Positions 47,722 through 60,000 of a stretch of 64,000 bases of DNA are shown here, piece after piece; within the stretch, counting starts at the first letter, position 1, and each line of letters starts with the position of its first letter. The notes below the pieces were generated by a model. The model saw only the letters and a list, made by a program, of their open reading frames with translations. It did no database searches and was not told the DNA's origin. Both the position numbers and the translations under genes were made by a program. Source of the stretch: Takakia lepidozioides (taxonomy: Eukaryota; Plantae; Bryophyta); the NCBI GenBank assembly GCA_030704615.1, contig CM060731.1, forward strand, positions 64,108,001-64,172,000, given 5' to 3'.

Positions 47722-48283
47722 AAACAATAACAATACCTTTATTTAAACCATACCCGGTATTTATTATACCCTCAGGTTATAAATGAGGTTTTTATTATGT
47801 ATTTATGCCCTTCAAAACTTGCCAACAGAAATCATATACCCTTACTCCGAGAGTAAATATAACTTTAAAAATACAGTATGCCCGGACCGGGTGGGTAAGA
47901 CAATAAATTTCACTCTTACGCGGACCCGGAGGGTATGTTTAAACAATACACCGACCCACACAACACTGGTCTAACCTAATATGAACGGACAGATCTGTTC
48001 AAGAAAACTGTTGAGTAGATAATAATAATAATATATGACGCCTCCCAAAGGAAGCGTAAATCGTGGTGTCTCTTCACCCTGAACGATTAGTGCCTTCCCC
48101 ATGGTGGAAGGTGGGCACCTTTGTGACACCTATTGGTGGATCGAACAAACCCCCCAAGGGTTGCCACTACCTTAGGTGGGCACCTTTGCGACACCAATGG
48201 GTGGTTTGAACCCAACCCCCAAGGGTTGCTGCCTTCCGGTAGGAAGGTGGACACTTTTGTGACACCAATCGTGTGGTTTGAAC

Positions 48284-49067
48284 CAGTGTTGGGCGGTTCT
48301 TGCCTTTGTGAAGGAACCTTCGGTTCCGGTTCCACAAATTTTTGAAGAGACGGTTCCGGATCCAGATCCGGTTATTTTTTATTAAGGCGGTTCCGGTCCG
48401 GTTCAGGTTCCGACTTTTTAACATGGGGGCGGTTCCGGTTACCGGTTAGTTGCTGGAAAAAAACACCGGTTCCCGGTTAGGTTCCGGTTCTTTTTTAAAA
48501 ATATATTAAATTCTTTTAATTTTTTATTCTTCTGGAAAATTAGATGAACTGATCTGATTGGTCATACTGAGAATTTTCAACTAAAACCAGGGAATTTATT
48601 AGTAAAACAGAAGTAAATAAACTTATATGTTTTTTGTGATTGTCTTTTATGGTATATATAACTAGTTATATACGCATGGTCTCCATTAAAAACGGAAAAC
48701 CAGAGATTTTATAAGTTGTCGTACGGTGTAGCAAAGAACAACTAAAACAAACTAACTACATAAGGATCTTAATTCAAAATACAAAACAAATTAAATATGT
48801 GTAATTCTATGGTTACCTTTTATGGTGCAGCAAAAGCACAACTAAAAAAAATACATAAATTTGGACCGGAACCGGAACCGCTTTGGAGCTGGAACCTCCG
48901 GTTCCCACACATGTGGTCGTAGCTGGAACCGCCGGTTCCGGTTCCCACACAATCCCCAATGAGCGGTTCCGGTTCCGGTTCTGCACAGGCGGGTCCGGTT
49001 CCGGTCCGGTTCCACATAACCGGAACCGGCGGTTACCCGGGGCCAGGGGGGTAACCGCCCAACACTG
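48284..49067. mobile_element. Non-autonomous hAT element (784 bp)
   Basis: Perfect 15-bp TIR CAGTGTTGGGCGGTT/AACCGCCCAACACTG; 8-bp TSD GTTTGAAC (48276-48283, 49068-49075); subterminal GGTTCC/GGAACC repeats. Confidence 0.92.
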
Positions 49068-49180
49068 GTTTGAACCCACCCCCCATGGGTTGCTGCCTTC
49101 CGGTGGGAAGGTAATAGTCTGGTTTGAACCCATAACCGATTCAACCGCTTTTTTGGTAATTTGTGCCCAATACCGCTGGG

Positions 49181-51286
49181 CTATATCTTCGGCGCTGTCT
49201 TGAGCAGATACTGTATTGAGTGTCTCTCTAGCAACTCGACTGCTTTCTTGTGCATCTCGATCTCTTGCATCTCCAGTGCTTTCTCTCTCATGACTTGTGT
49301 ATATGGTTCTAAAATTGCCTCGAATATATTCCCATCCTCGAGTGCATTCTCTTTAAACACTTGTACATGAGCCCCCACTATCGTTTGTTGACTGTCAATG
49401 CCTGAAAACAGGTTGCCATCTACATTGATGTTTGATAGACCTGGCATATTCGGTAGCTGTCCGGGAATGAAACCTGTCAAATCGTTATGGGCCAGGTTTA
49501 GAACCTGTAGGCTTCGAAGTTCTCTAAATTCTGGAGGGATGCTGCCCGTCAACCGATTTCTGGAAAGATCCAAGTATGACAGGTTGTGGCAGTTACCAAG
49601 CCACGCGGGTACTGAACCTGCAAGCTGATTAGATCCACATGAAACGTGACAATGTGTTGCAGGGCAGCGAGGTCCTGTGGAATTGAACCACGCAATGCGT
49701 TGAATGAAAGGTCGATCGTCTGCACATCAGCGCGTATTTGTGAGGACCTCACAGAACACTTTGGTCGTATCCACAAGTTTTTGCTTAAATTACAAGTTTG
49801 GATTCTGCATTGAATCTTCGTTGCGTGTACTTGATATTTCAATTATTTCAAACTCTTTTATGTGCATAAATGCCGATTCAAATCTTTAGATGTTATAGTG
49901 GTATAAGAAGTAGACCAAAAACGATTGTCAAATTGGGACAAGGGAACTGACCTCCAAGTTGTGGCAATTAGAGAGCGAAGGTGGTATGGGGCCAGTGATT
50001 CCACAGTGAGCCAGATTCAGACTTCTCAACTTCTGGAGATTCCCCAACTGATCTGGAATATAATTATCTCTAAACTTGTGATTCCAGCTAAGATCAAGCT
50101 CCTGCAAAGTACAAGTATTAATAACGTTATATCAGGCTCCGCTTGAAGCGCTAATTGTTAATTCCTAAGCAAAGGGCTCCCCATCCGCTGACCCTGGTTA
50201 GTGCACTCAGGGCAGCTATGGCAGCATCAAGGGCTGTTTCAGGGCATTTGTGTGTCATTTTCGATGTCACAAGTCACAACGTCGCTTGATGATATTCGCA
50301 TAAACGTTAATCTACATCTCTCAACCTGTTAGGTGTTACGATCACCAATTTTTTTTTTACTCATTCAAGTTTGACTGTCGTCTGGCCAGGAACACTCATC
50401 TCCAGGTGAGCGTGAAGAAGTATGAATTAATTTCTTGAGAAGCCCAAAATGTGTAAAGTAAATTATGTCCTTAACTAGTGAAAGGGAAGCCTTTCCTTTC
50501 ACAAGGAGCTTGTGACAATACTACCGACAATCCATCTTCGCACAAAGATTTAGAACATTATGTTTATCAAAGAAGAAAGTCAAATCACTTATGTAGACAG
50601 CGAAATGACTGGGAAACTGATAATAAACCCATTTCGTACTTGGACAAGAAAAGTACTAACTTACCTCCAAGCTGGTGCAGTAAGTAAGCGAGCTCAAAAG
50701 GTATGACGCCATAGATTTCACAAGCAACCAACTTCAGACTTCTCAATTTCCTGAGATTTCCAAAAGAGGTTGGAATCAGACCTGATATGCCATTCCGGCT
50801 AAGATCAAGTTCCTGCAAGCTGCTACAGTTGCCTAGCTCCGGAGGGATGGGCCCACTAATATTATAATTCAGGGAAAGGTGTTAAGGTGTTGTAAGTTGA
50901 GAAGATTTCCTATCTGGGGAGGGATGCTCCCAGACAGGGCGTTATCACTCAGGTCCAAATGTTGTAAACTAGATATGGACCAAAGATTGGAAGAAATCAA
51001 CCCTGACAATCCAGTCCCGAAAGAGAGAGCTTTGTAACGCATCTGTCAGCATTGCAAGCAACCCCTGTCCAGTTGCAAGGAGACATATCAGTGGCGACCC
51101 AATCGGAGAGTTGGTTGTGGGCCAGCCCTTTCAGTCCGTCCTTGAAGTCCAGCAGGGCCGCCAAGTCTGAACCTCTCACTCCAACCGGCCACAGTCCACC
51201 ACAACACAGTAGCAGCACCCCATGAACAAGGAAAGATGCGAGAAGAGCTGTGTAGCTGATCTATTAGTCATGAGCGCCCCCGCCAT
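49181..51286 (-). pseudogene. LRR receptor-like gene, paralogue of 17091-17900, frameshifted
   Basis: LLCCGGLWPVGVRGSDLAALLDFKDGL...SDWVATDMSPCNWTGVAC, LQELDLSRNGISGLIP, DLSRNRLTGSIPPEF; several frameshifts and stops. Confidence 0.85.
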
Positions 51287-52399
51287 ATCCCAATTAATTT
51301 CTCATAAGCTGGCCTTTGATCTTTCTACACCCGCTCACCCTCAACAATCTAGGACCAAAGTCCAGTTGTGTTGATGGATCACCACTTTTACCACAAATTT
51401 GGGGAGGTTGTAAGGAAATTGAAGGATTTTTTCAAGCAAAAACGAAGTGATGAAATCAGCACTCTTCCCCCGGATTCAGAGAGGGACGTCAAGGGGAGGC
51501 ACGTCAAGTTCTTCACTCACACCAGATTGCGCTTCATATGCTAGCTTCTCTTGCTTAATGTAAAGGCTTGATTACTGCCTGAGCCTGCTGGGCTACTTGG
51601 CAGGGGTCACATGTGATGCACATTTTTTCCTTGCCGGCAACTTTGCTCTCAGTTCTCTGTTTACATTTTGGTGGCTGGCCGCCAAGATCTTTGTCGCTAG
51701 TCTGTATCTTCTATGGACATGACGTCTTCTTCGTGGAGATGTCGGCGAGGGTCGGTCCCGGTATAGTCCAGTGCAGACGGGGAGAGGAAGACTTGAAAAA
51801 AATGCGCAGTCGCAGAACACGGGACGGATGACAATGGGGTGGTTGGCTCCGCAGATAGACGGATGACACTCGTTCATCCGTGCTTCCTCCAACAGACGAT
51901 CTCTGCCCTTCGACTCGGATCGATTGTAGGCAAACATCTCAGATGAAAAGTGACCCTTTACTAGATGATTTCACCACCCTGTTGGTCATCGTTTTGCCAG
52001 GACCAGCTTCCAGATGCCATACTTATGGGAAGGAATGTCACAGCCTGTCCATCACAAACACGCTCAGCACTGAAACACCTTGAGGATCTAATCCCAAGTC
52101 TTTTGCAGATCATTCTCCAGTGCGCATACCCGATCTTCGAAGTTTAGTTAATTGAAGTGGTACAATTGACTGGATGCTGGTTGCAAATGAAGACTTGCAG
52201 AACCTGAGCCAAATGTGTCACTAAATTCCTGCAGAATTGCTGCCATGGATCTTCTGCCAGATGTAGAAGCAGAACAGGAATGTCCAGTGTATTAGTAGTC
52301 AATATACAAGGATGAGACGTGAGACGACACTGTTGTGACTAATGGAGCCAGCATACCACACTTGCAGCTTGAGGTTGAGAGTAATTCCATGTGTCCATT

Positions 52400-52700
52400 C
52401 TCACAGGACTGTGCTTCCAATATTCTTCAGCACACTGCAATACAAACTCCTTCACAGACATCATTTCTTCAAAACGGAGCATAGACAGGCCAACTGTACA
52501 TATGGACGATCATCTGCAGCGTTTCACTTTACAGTTTTGACACAAACCGATCACCTATCTCTGTTTAAATTGGACACTCCGAAACCATTATTTCAATAAG
52601 AGAGTACACCTTCAATGGACCGCATAAATCAGCAAAAGTACATACCTTGCCATGGATGACAAACCAGCAGTCATCTTCTTTTTTTGTGTTCTGCAACCTG
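52400..52700 (-). pseudogene. Fragment of cytochrome b5 exon 1 + intron 1
   Basis: KKEDDCWFVIHGK followed by intron sequence homologous to about 8235-8540. Confidence 0.88.
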
Positions 52701-54139
52701 TTCGAGGGTGAATATAACGTCCATGTGAGATTGAACCTACGACAGGCTTGGCAGGATGTTGAACTGTTCAGCAATCGTCGACGGCTGTCTGGGGGAGGAG
52801 ATGGGGATGTCACTTGGAACAGCAGGTGGTGGCAAGCTCTCGTTGATCAAGACCAAAAGCTACATATGAAGATGGTAGTGAAGTGTACAGGGAGAGATTA
52901 GGGATTTTCTTCTTCTGGTTTTTTCCCTAGATAAGAAAACTTGTAGACACAGAGTACAGGTATAGGTACAGAGTGTGGCAGACAGGGTCACGGCCATGGT
53001 GAACAGTGTCTACGAGTAGCTGGGAAGAGAGATGATACAGAAGTTGATGCATGGTGTGGCGGTTGGGAGGACTGGGTGTATCCCAGTACATGTGCAATTC
53101 TAGGATTGGGTGATAATTCCAGTTGAGTAAGGAATCATTGGGACTTGAAGGATCTGTACACTGAAGTAAAGATCTCACTCCCCTGCCAATGGTTCCATCA
53201 TGACCAGACTTGAATCTAAACTAAGTCCTTGGCAATTAGGCGAGATCACACATCATAGGCCACTGCAGTCGTCACTCTGTGCCACTGGCTCTTATTATTG
53301 CCAAATACCAACCAGGGCAGGGCGGGAGTAAGAACAGCTACGTTGCGGCCCTAGCGACCCCCGGAGGTCGCCAAGGGGAAAAACCAGTCAGGGGGGGGGG
53401 GGGTCGGCCGTTGCTACGCAATGGGTTGTGGCGACGCCAGGGCGCCTCATGCGATCCCCTCCCGTGGCAAGCTTGAAATTCCCGTCGCATGGGCACTGTT
53501 GAAAACGACGCCCTGCCGTGACATGCCGCGTGGTGGTGGTGGGGGGGGTTTGTGTTTTTGGGGGTTGATTTTGGGGGTGAATTGGGGGTGATTTTTGGTT
53601 TTTCCCTAGTTTGTTTTTGGTGTGTTGGAAGACCTTATAGCTTCCATTGCTCTGATTTAATAGGTACATAGCGTACGTTATTGCATAGGTTTGACCAAGA
53701 ATGAATCAAGGGTAAGGCCGGTGCAACACATGAATAAGAGGGAAGATGGAAATATATTTAGAAGTAATGAGCTGAAATGCTCTGCTCACAAGGGTTCAGT
53801 AGGTTGACACTGGGACCTACACGGATTACGACTAGTCATCATCATCCTCATCATCATCCTCAAAGGAGGACTTAAAGCTATCCGATGGGCCTTATGACTC
53901 CGCGCCCTTTGCCCGAGCATGTACAGCAAGCAGCGTACCCCTAACTCCCACGGAGCCCCGGTTATTAGCATCACGTCCGTCCATCATCGTCAGGTCACGT
54001 CAGACCTGACGCTGACGGGACCTCCGTCACTTCAAGTTCGGGGAATATTTTGGTAAAAATAGTACCAGGTAAAATACTGTCACTTAAGCAGCCACGTTGC
54101 CAACACGGTGGAGGTGGCAAATACATTTTGAAAATTAAC

Positions 54140-55115
54140 AAAATGAACGAGACTGCCAATTATGGTGGTCGCTTTGTTTTTCGAAATTTAAAAAAAAAAA
54201 ATAACGACCACCGTATTGGCGATCGCTTCAATTTTATTTTTTTTAAGCAAGATTGGCGGTCACACTGGCGGTCGTTTTATTTTTTGAAATGAAAAAAAAG
54301 AAATAGCGACCGCCATATTGGCGGTCGCTTCAATTTAATTTATAAACAAAAGCAAGATTGGCGGTCGTCTAATTTAAAAAAGAAAACAAGCGACTGCCGT
54401 ATTGGCAATCGCACAATTTTGCAAATATATACAGAACAAGTGACCACCATATGGGGGTCGGATAATTTCAAAAAAAAAAAAAAAAAAAAAAAACAAGCGA
54501 CCGCCATATGGCGGTCGGATAATTTCAAAAATATATTGAAAAAACAAGCGACCGCCATTTGGCGGTCACTTAATTTCAAAAATATATAGAAAAACAAATG
54601 ACCGCCATATGGCGGTCAGTAAATTTAAAATTATATAATAAAACAAGCGACATATGAAAATAAAAGCGACCGCCACACCGTTGGTTGCTTATTTTAAAAT
54701 AATACAATATTTGCGACTGCCAAATTGGCGGTCGCTTTAATTTAATAATATATAAAATAAAAGCGACCGCCAGCCTGGAGGTCGCGTAAACTTGAAAATA
54801 TAAAATTAAAAGCGACCGACGCGGTCGCGTTTTTTAAAAAAATATTAAGAATAAAAGCGACCACCATATTGACGGTCGTTTTATTTTAAATATATAAACA
54901 AATAAAACGACCGCCATACCGGTAGTCACATTATATTCGGAAATAAAAGACAATAGTGACCGCCATACGGGCGGTCACTTAAATTTAAAAATATACAAAA
55001 TAGAAGTGACCGCAATATTGCACAAAATGAAAGGAAATAAAAGCGACCGCAATAGTGGCGGTCGCTTGTTTTTCATAAAAAATAAATATAGCGGCCGCAG
55101 TATTAGCGATTGCTT
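54140..55115. repeat. Array of about 20 GC-rich palindromes (GCGACCGCCAWWTGGCGGTCGC-like) with AT-rich spacers, period about 50 bp
   Basis: Examples: agcgaccgccatattggcggtcgct at 54305; also 54496, 54547, 54712, 54955, 55042. Confidence 0.9.
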
Positions 55116-55429
55116 AATTTCAAAATTATATCAAATATGGTTGTACTGTTTTTTTCGGGTGGCGCTTGGTTCGTCATTTATTCATTTCACTTTTATTTCA
55201 CTTTTATCCTTCCTGGATCATATATAAGGGAGCAAGGTTACGAAGCTCCTCACTTATTTTGGCGCAAACACTTGAGGTTGCTTTGGATGTTCTTTTCCAT
55301 TGAACGAGCGTGTAGCCCAAGAGGAAGGATGCACACATTTTGCCATTATGGCTTCCACCAAAGCCACTTCAGCAGATTGTATATAAGCTCAACACTACAA
55401 CCCACATCGACCCACTTGAGTTGCTGACA

Positions 55430-55860
55430 TGAAGCTGCAAGTGGCGCAAAACCCGCACCATCTCCCAAAACAGACCCGACCTCGAGTCTCGCAATCCATT
55501 GCCATGTCTGGCTGATGAATACCATTGGCAGGGCCAACCTGCCACTACCAGATCAATAGAGCCAACCCGCTCCAAATCTTGCGTCCCCAGCAACGAAATG
55601 TCTGCTGACAAAGCCTGCTGATATCCACGAACTGCAGACACCGACAACAACTCAGGGTACTGCTGCACCAACTGAGCAACATGGCGAAATAAAATGCGTC
55701 GTGCAGTCTCATCTCTCTCAACATACAGGTAACGCTGAACTCGCACACCTGCCTGTAACACAGCAGCCAATCCAGTGTTGATCCCGCCAAACAAGTCTAG
55801 AAGGCAAATGCATTTATCCGGATACTGCCACACAATAGGTGTGGTGCCCAATGGAGACAA
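55430..55860 (-). pseudogene. C5 DNA methyltransferase domain (DNMT3-like), N-terminal half
   Basis: Motif I LLDLFGGI, motif II YVE, motif IV IDLVVAGWPCQ, then GLRDSRSGLFWEMVRVL; truncated before motif VI (ENV). Confidence 0.88.
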
Positions 55861-55899
55861 CTGAGGTGGTCCTGGTGCAATCCCCGCACTCTCCTCCTC

Positions 55900-58725
55900 T
55901 CATGATGGTACAAAAGCCTCCACCCAGGCTTGTTGCACCCATCGATCAGCAACCCGCTGCAAATCCTTGCTCGTGCCCCACAATGGAGTTTGAGCAACCA
56001 TGGCAGGCAACTCTGCCATACCATACATGTCATCCTGCTCTCCCGAAGGTGACACATCCTTTGAATGAGCGTTGCCCTCAATCAACTCTCCAGGCCAACT
56101 CACTGCAGCTGTGAATGCTGCTAGTGTCGACATCTTGCCTCGCTGGGCAACCGCAACTTCTCCTATGAACGTCACAGGGAGCTGCACACGCCGGCCCTCC
56201 CCTGACTGCCATCCAGGCCTATAAGAAGCTGACTCCTCCCAAAAATCTAGGGTGAAGCCCATGGGGTACAACGCTGCTCCACCAACCACGACATCGTATG
56301 AAACCGCGTCTGTCACAATGGCCTTGGCTCGTATCACTGAGCCATCTGTAGGGTGATCCGGCCGTAGTCTGATAGGCCGTCATGCCCCGAGCATGCTCCG
56401 ATCCTCCCAAAGACGTCTGTATCTGGAAAGGACAAGGCTCCATATCCGCCTTTGTGAGGCTCAAGCCTGCAATAGCAGCTCTACCCAACATCAATGGCTG
56501 AGCTCCTAAGTCGAACAAGATCCGCAATGACCGGTACCTGTTGCTTGCCGATCCACTCAAACAGAAAATGTCATCCTGGTTGTCTAACATGACAACTTCA
56601 GGTGTCACCATGGCGCGCTCAATGGCTGGCCTAGCTGACAGCTCCATCAACCTGGCAACTGCAGCTTGCCATGGTGCCGCCGTGGCAGTCTTGATCCTCA
56701 AATCCGAGGATCCCTCCGGCACTACACCTCCCACTATCTCCGCAGAAGATGAAGTAACCTCCCCACTCTCACAGAGTGTAGCTGCCAGCCTGAACACCTC
56801 AGCTGGTCTTACCCCCGGCGTCGCAATCATGGTAGCCGAGAACAATGGAGCCTGACACACAGATGTGGCCGCTCTCAGCAGCACACTAGCTGCCGTAGCC
56901 TTGGCAACACTAGGTAGTGGTGCTGCCCGGTAGCTCTCCCCAATGGCATAGTAACCTCCGCCTCGTAACAGTCGGGCGAGAACTAGGTGCCATGGATGGC
57001 GTCGACACTGTCTCCGCCAATGTGAATGACTGAGGAAGCCTGGCCTGACGGCTTGCTTCCCCACGCTGTGGATCCAAACTCTCTGCACCTTGTGGCTCAG
57101 GAACGTTGTGTTACTCCTCGGGTCACTGCCGCCACCGACTCCACTTGCACTAGTGGTAGAGCTGCCCCACACATTAATCCCATGCCTCCCATATCTCCTC
57201 CCTCAGGAGCCAGAGGTGGACCATCCGGCCTTGGAGCCGGTACCGACCTGAGCTGTAGCCATGGCAGCGAGCCTCTGCTCTAGCTGCTGAAGCCGGTTGA
57301 CCATGCCTTGGTCAACCCTGACCTCCGCATCCTTGGCCATGTTGAGCTTGCCCTTGGCCTGCACCCCGTGCTTGGCCACCTCGTCCTCTCTGGGCTGCTC
57401 CACCTCGCCCTCGGCCACCATTGTTCCCTTGGAACTGGCCTGGGCACAACTCAGGATGCAAACCATAACACTGGGCCTCTCCATGCCCGTGCTTGCCACA
57501 ATGCCCACATTGCAACTGTGCAGGCTGTGCATGTGCCGGCCCTTTGCCTCCCTTTGGGCAATCTTTCTTGACATGGGGTCTTTCACATGTCCAACACGCC
57601 ATCTCCGCCCGTTATTGGCCTGCGAATGAAGGGAGAGACCCCTGCATCTGAGGTCCTCTCTGTCATCTGAGGTCCTCTCTGTCCTTCCCTGAGCTTCACT
57701 TGAGCCCTCTTGTTGCCTTAAGCACGTTGAGGTAGGTGGTTGGCTAGGAGCACCACTACCCTGGTGTCTTCTTAGCAAATCCCACCAGGACCACTCGTTC
57801 CTCCACCATGTTGAGCTCTATCCGCTCTGCCAACAAAAACACATTTACTAAGGTGGGTTGGGCCGCTTGTAAGAGAGTTGCATCCCGCACCCTTCTTCTC
57901 AACTCCTTGTCCAATATCCCATACCAGAATTGGACTGCCTGAGCTCCCGTAACCCCTTGGGTTACATTTATCAAGCGCCTCATGCGAGTGAAAGCCTCCC
58001 TCAAGCTGTCAGTAGGCTTTTGTTGGAACTCTTGCAAGCTCCGCAACTTCTCCGTCCTCTCCCCTTGGTAGTTCCCTCTCAACTCTTCGAAGAACTCCAC
58101 AACAGGGTTGAAGGTAGGCACGGGTAGTACTGGTGCTGGCGTAGTGGCTTGGGTGGACATCGTAGCTACGGTACCACCAGTCCCACTAGTCCCACTGCTG
58201 CTTGCTGAAGCTGCCGGTGCAGCGGCAGGTGTAGCCACTGCCCTCGTGGCTCTAGTGCCCCTAGTGATGGAGACATAGTTGGGTGACCAGTACATCCTCC
58301 ACTCCTCGATCTCAACCTCATGCCCCCGTCTAAACTCATGGTAATCATCTATAGGCGGCCCCTCAAGGTGCTGAAACAGTCCCTTCCATGCCATGAAAGA
58401 CGTAAATAGTTGTGGATTGCGCATTTGTTGCAAATCACACCAACTATCAAACTCTTGGATAAAATCATCCAAATCGATGGTGCCCACCGCCCCAGAGTAC
58501 CTTCGTGGCCCCGGTAGCTCCATACATCTCTTCCATTGTGTCCCACAACAATGGCAAGGAAACAACTTGCACCGCCGGTGTGAGTCCTCCTGATTCACAA
58601 TCCGAATCAGAACCTTCCGTAGAAGACCCAGGAGGTGAAGGTGGCCTAAACCACACACCTCGTCTCGTGTACCCACTAGTATCGCTAGTGCTCAAACCGG
58701 CACTGTCCCTAGCAATTAGTGACAC
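55900..58725 (-). pseudogene. Retrotransposon gag + zinc knuckles + aspartic protease
   Basis: YSGAVGTIDLDDFIQEFDSWC, FQQKPTDSLREAFTRMRRL, CWTCERPHVKKDC, CGHCGKHGHGEAQC, ILFDLGAQPLM (about 56510), YDVVVGG. Confidence 0.8.
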
Positions 58726-59419
58726 CTCCGTGTTGACAAACTGTCACTCAACCGGTCATGAACATGTCCCTAACCCCCTCTCCACAAGGTAACCGGGTAG
58801 AGAACCTATTGCGGCTTATGATTTGGAATACTAGGTTCCTAACATAGCCTACACCTGCACCTGCATCCACCGCAAGCACTTCTATGGTTGGCTGGTCATC
58901 ACCTCCAACCTCACCACAGGAGAAACAATGATGGTCTGACTGGTCATCACCCCAGCCTCACCATCGACAACATGCTCTAGGACTGGCCGGTGATCAAATC
59001 CGGACCAATCACCTATAAAAACAAGCGCCCACACAAAACTAACATGGCACACAGTCAAGCATGCAAGTATGGAGGGGATCCAAACACAAGAAATCAGAAC
59101 GACAACTCCCCCACACCAAAAACAACTCCACGGTGTTGCTTCTGCAATGACACCTAGCCCAAACCCGGACTGACTCTTGCCTCCACCTACGGAAAGGTCT
59201 TGGACTAATGAGAGGGTGGAAAACTACGAGGAAGAAAAGCTAAAGCAATGCCTAACCCCAGCATGCCCTCATCCCAACACTCTTCCTCTCCTCTCTTCCC
59301 TCACTTGCATGACCATGGGAAATATCATGAAGATACTCCTCAAACCGCCCTCCACGAGCATCAAAATTCGGCCTTCAAGACCACATGCCAGTCCTTAGGC
59401 AGTCCACTAGTGCCTCCAC

Positions 59420-60000
59420 GAGTTAGCACAGGCCATCCACAGGTCAACACGGGCCACCACAGACCAGCACAGGCCCACACAGATCAGTGGTCACAGCCGT
59501 CACAGTCCCATACAGGCCACAACCCCACAGCCCATCACAGCCCAAAGGCCACAGGTCACAGCCTGTCACAGCCCTACACAGGTCATAGGATCACAGCCCC
59601 ACAGGCCACAGCCCGTCACAGCCCGTCACAGCCCCAAAGGCCACAAGTCACCGCCTGTCACAGCCCCAAAGGCCACAGGGCACAACCTGTCACATCCTGT
59701 CACAGTCCTGCACAGGTCAGAGGGTCACAGCCCCACAGGCCACATGTCACAGCCTGTCACAGCCATCACAGCCCCAAAGGCCACAGGCACAGCCTGTCAC
59801 AGTTTATCACAGCCCCACAGGCCACAGGTCACAGCCTATCACAACCCTACACAGGTCGCAGGGGTCACAGCCCCAAAGGCCACAGCCTATCACAGCCCCT
59901 CACAACCCTACAGGCCACAGGGCACAACCTGTCACAGCCCCTCACAGCCCCACAGGCCACAGGGCACAGCTTGTCACAGCCCCATCCATGGCCACTCATG
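59420..60000. repeat. CACAGCC/CACAGG degenerate tandem repeat in the 5' non-coding part of the DNMT retroelement
   Basis: Repeated ggccacaggtcacagcctgtcacagccc units; overlapping ORFs are low complexity. Confidence 0.85.

Noticed and set aside
51590-53250. Possible RING-like and copia linker fragments flanking the CB5 fragment
   Set aside because: Motifs too incomplete to call without a database search.
54140-55115. CRISPR array
   Set aside because: Repeats are degenerate and spacers are low-complexity A/T tracts related to each other; eukaryotic context, no cas genes.
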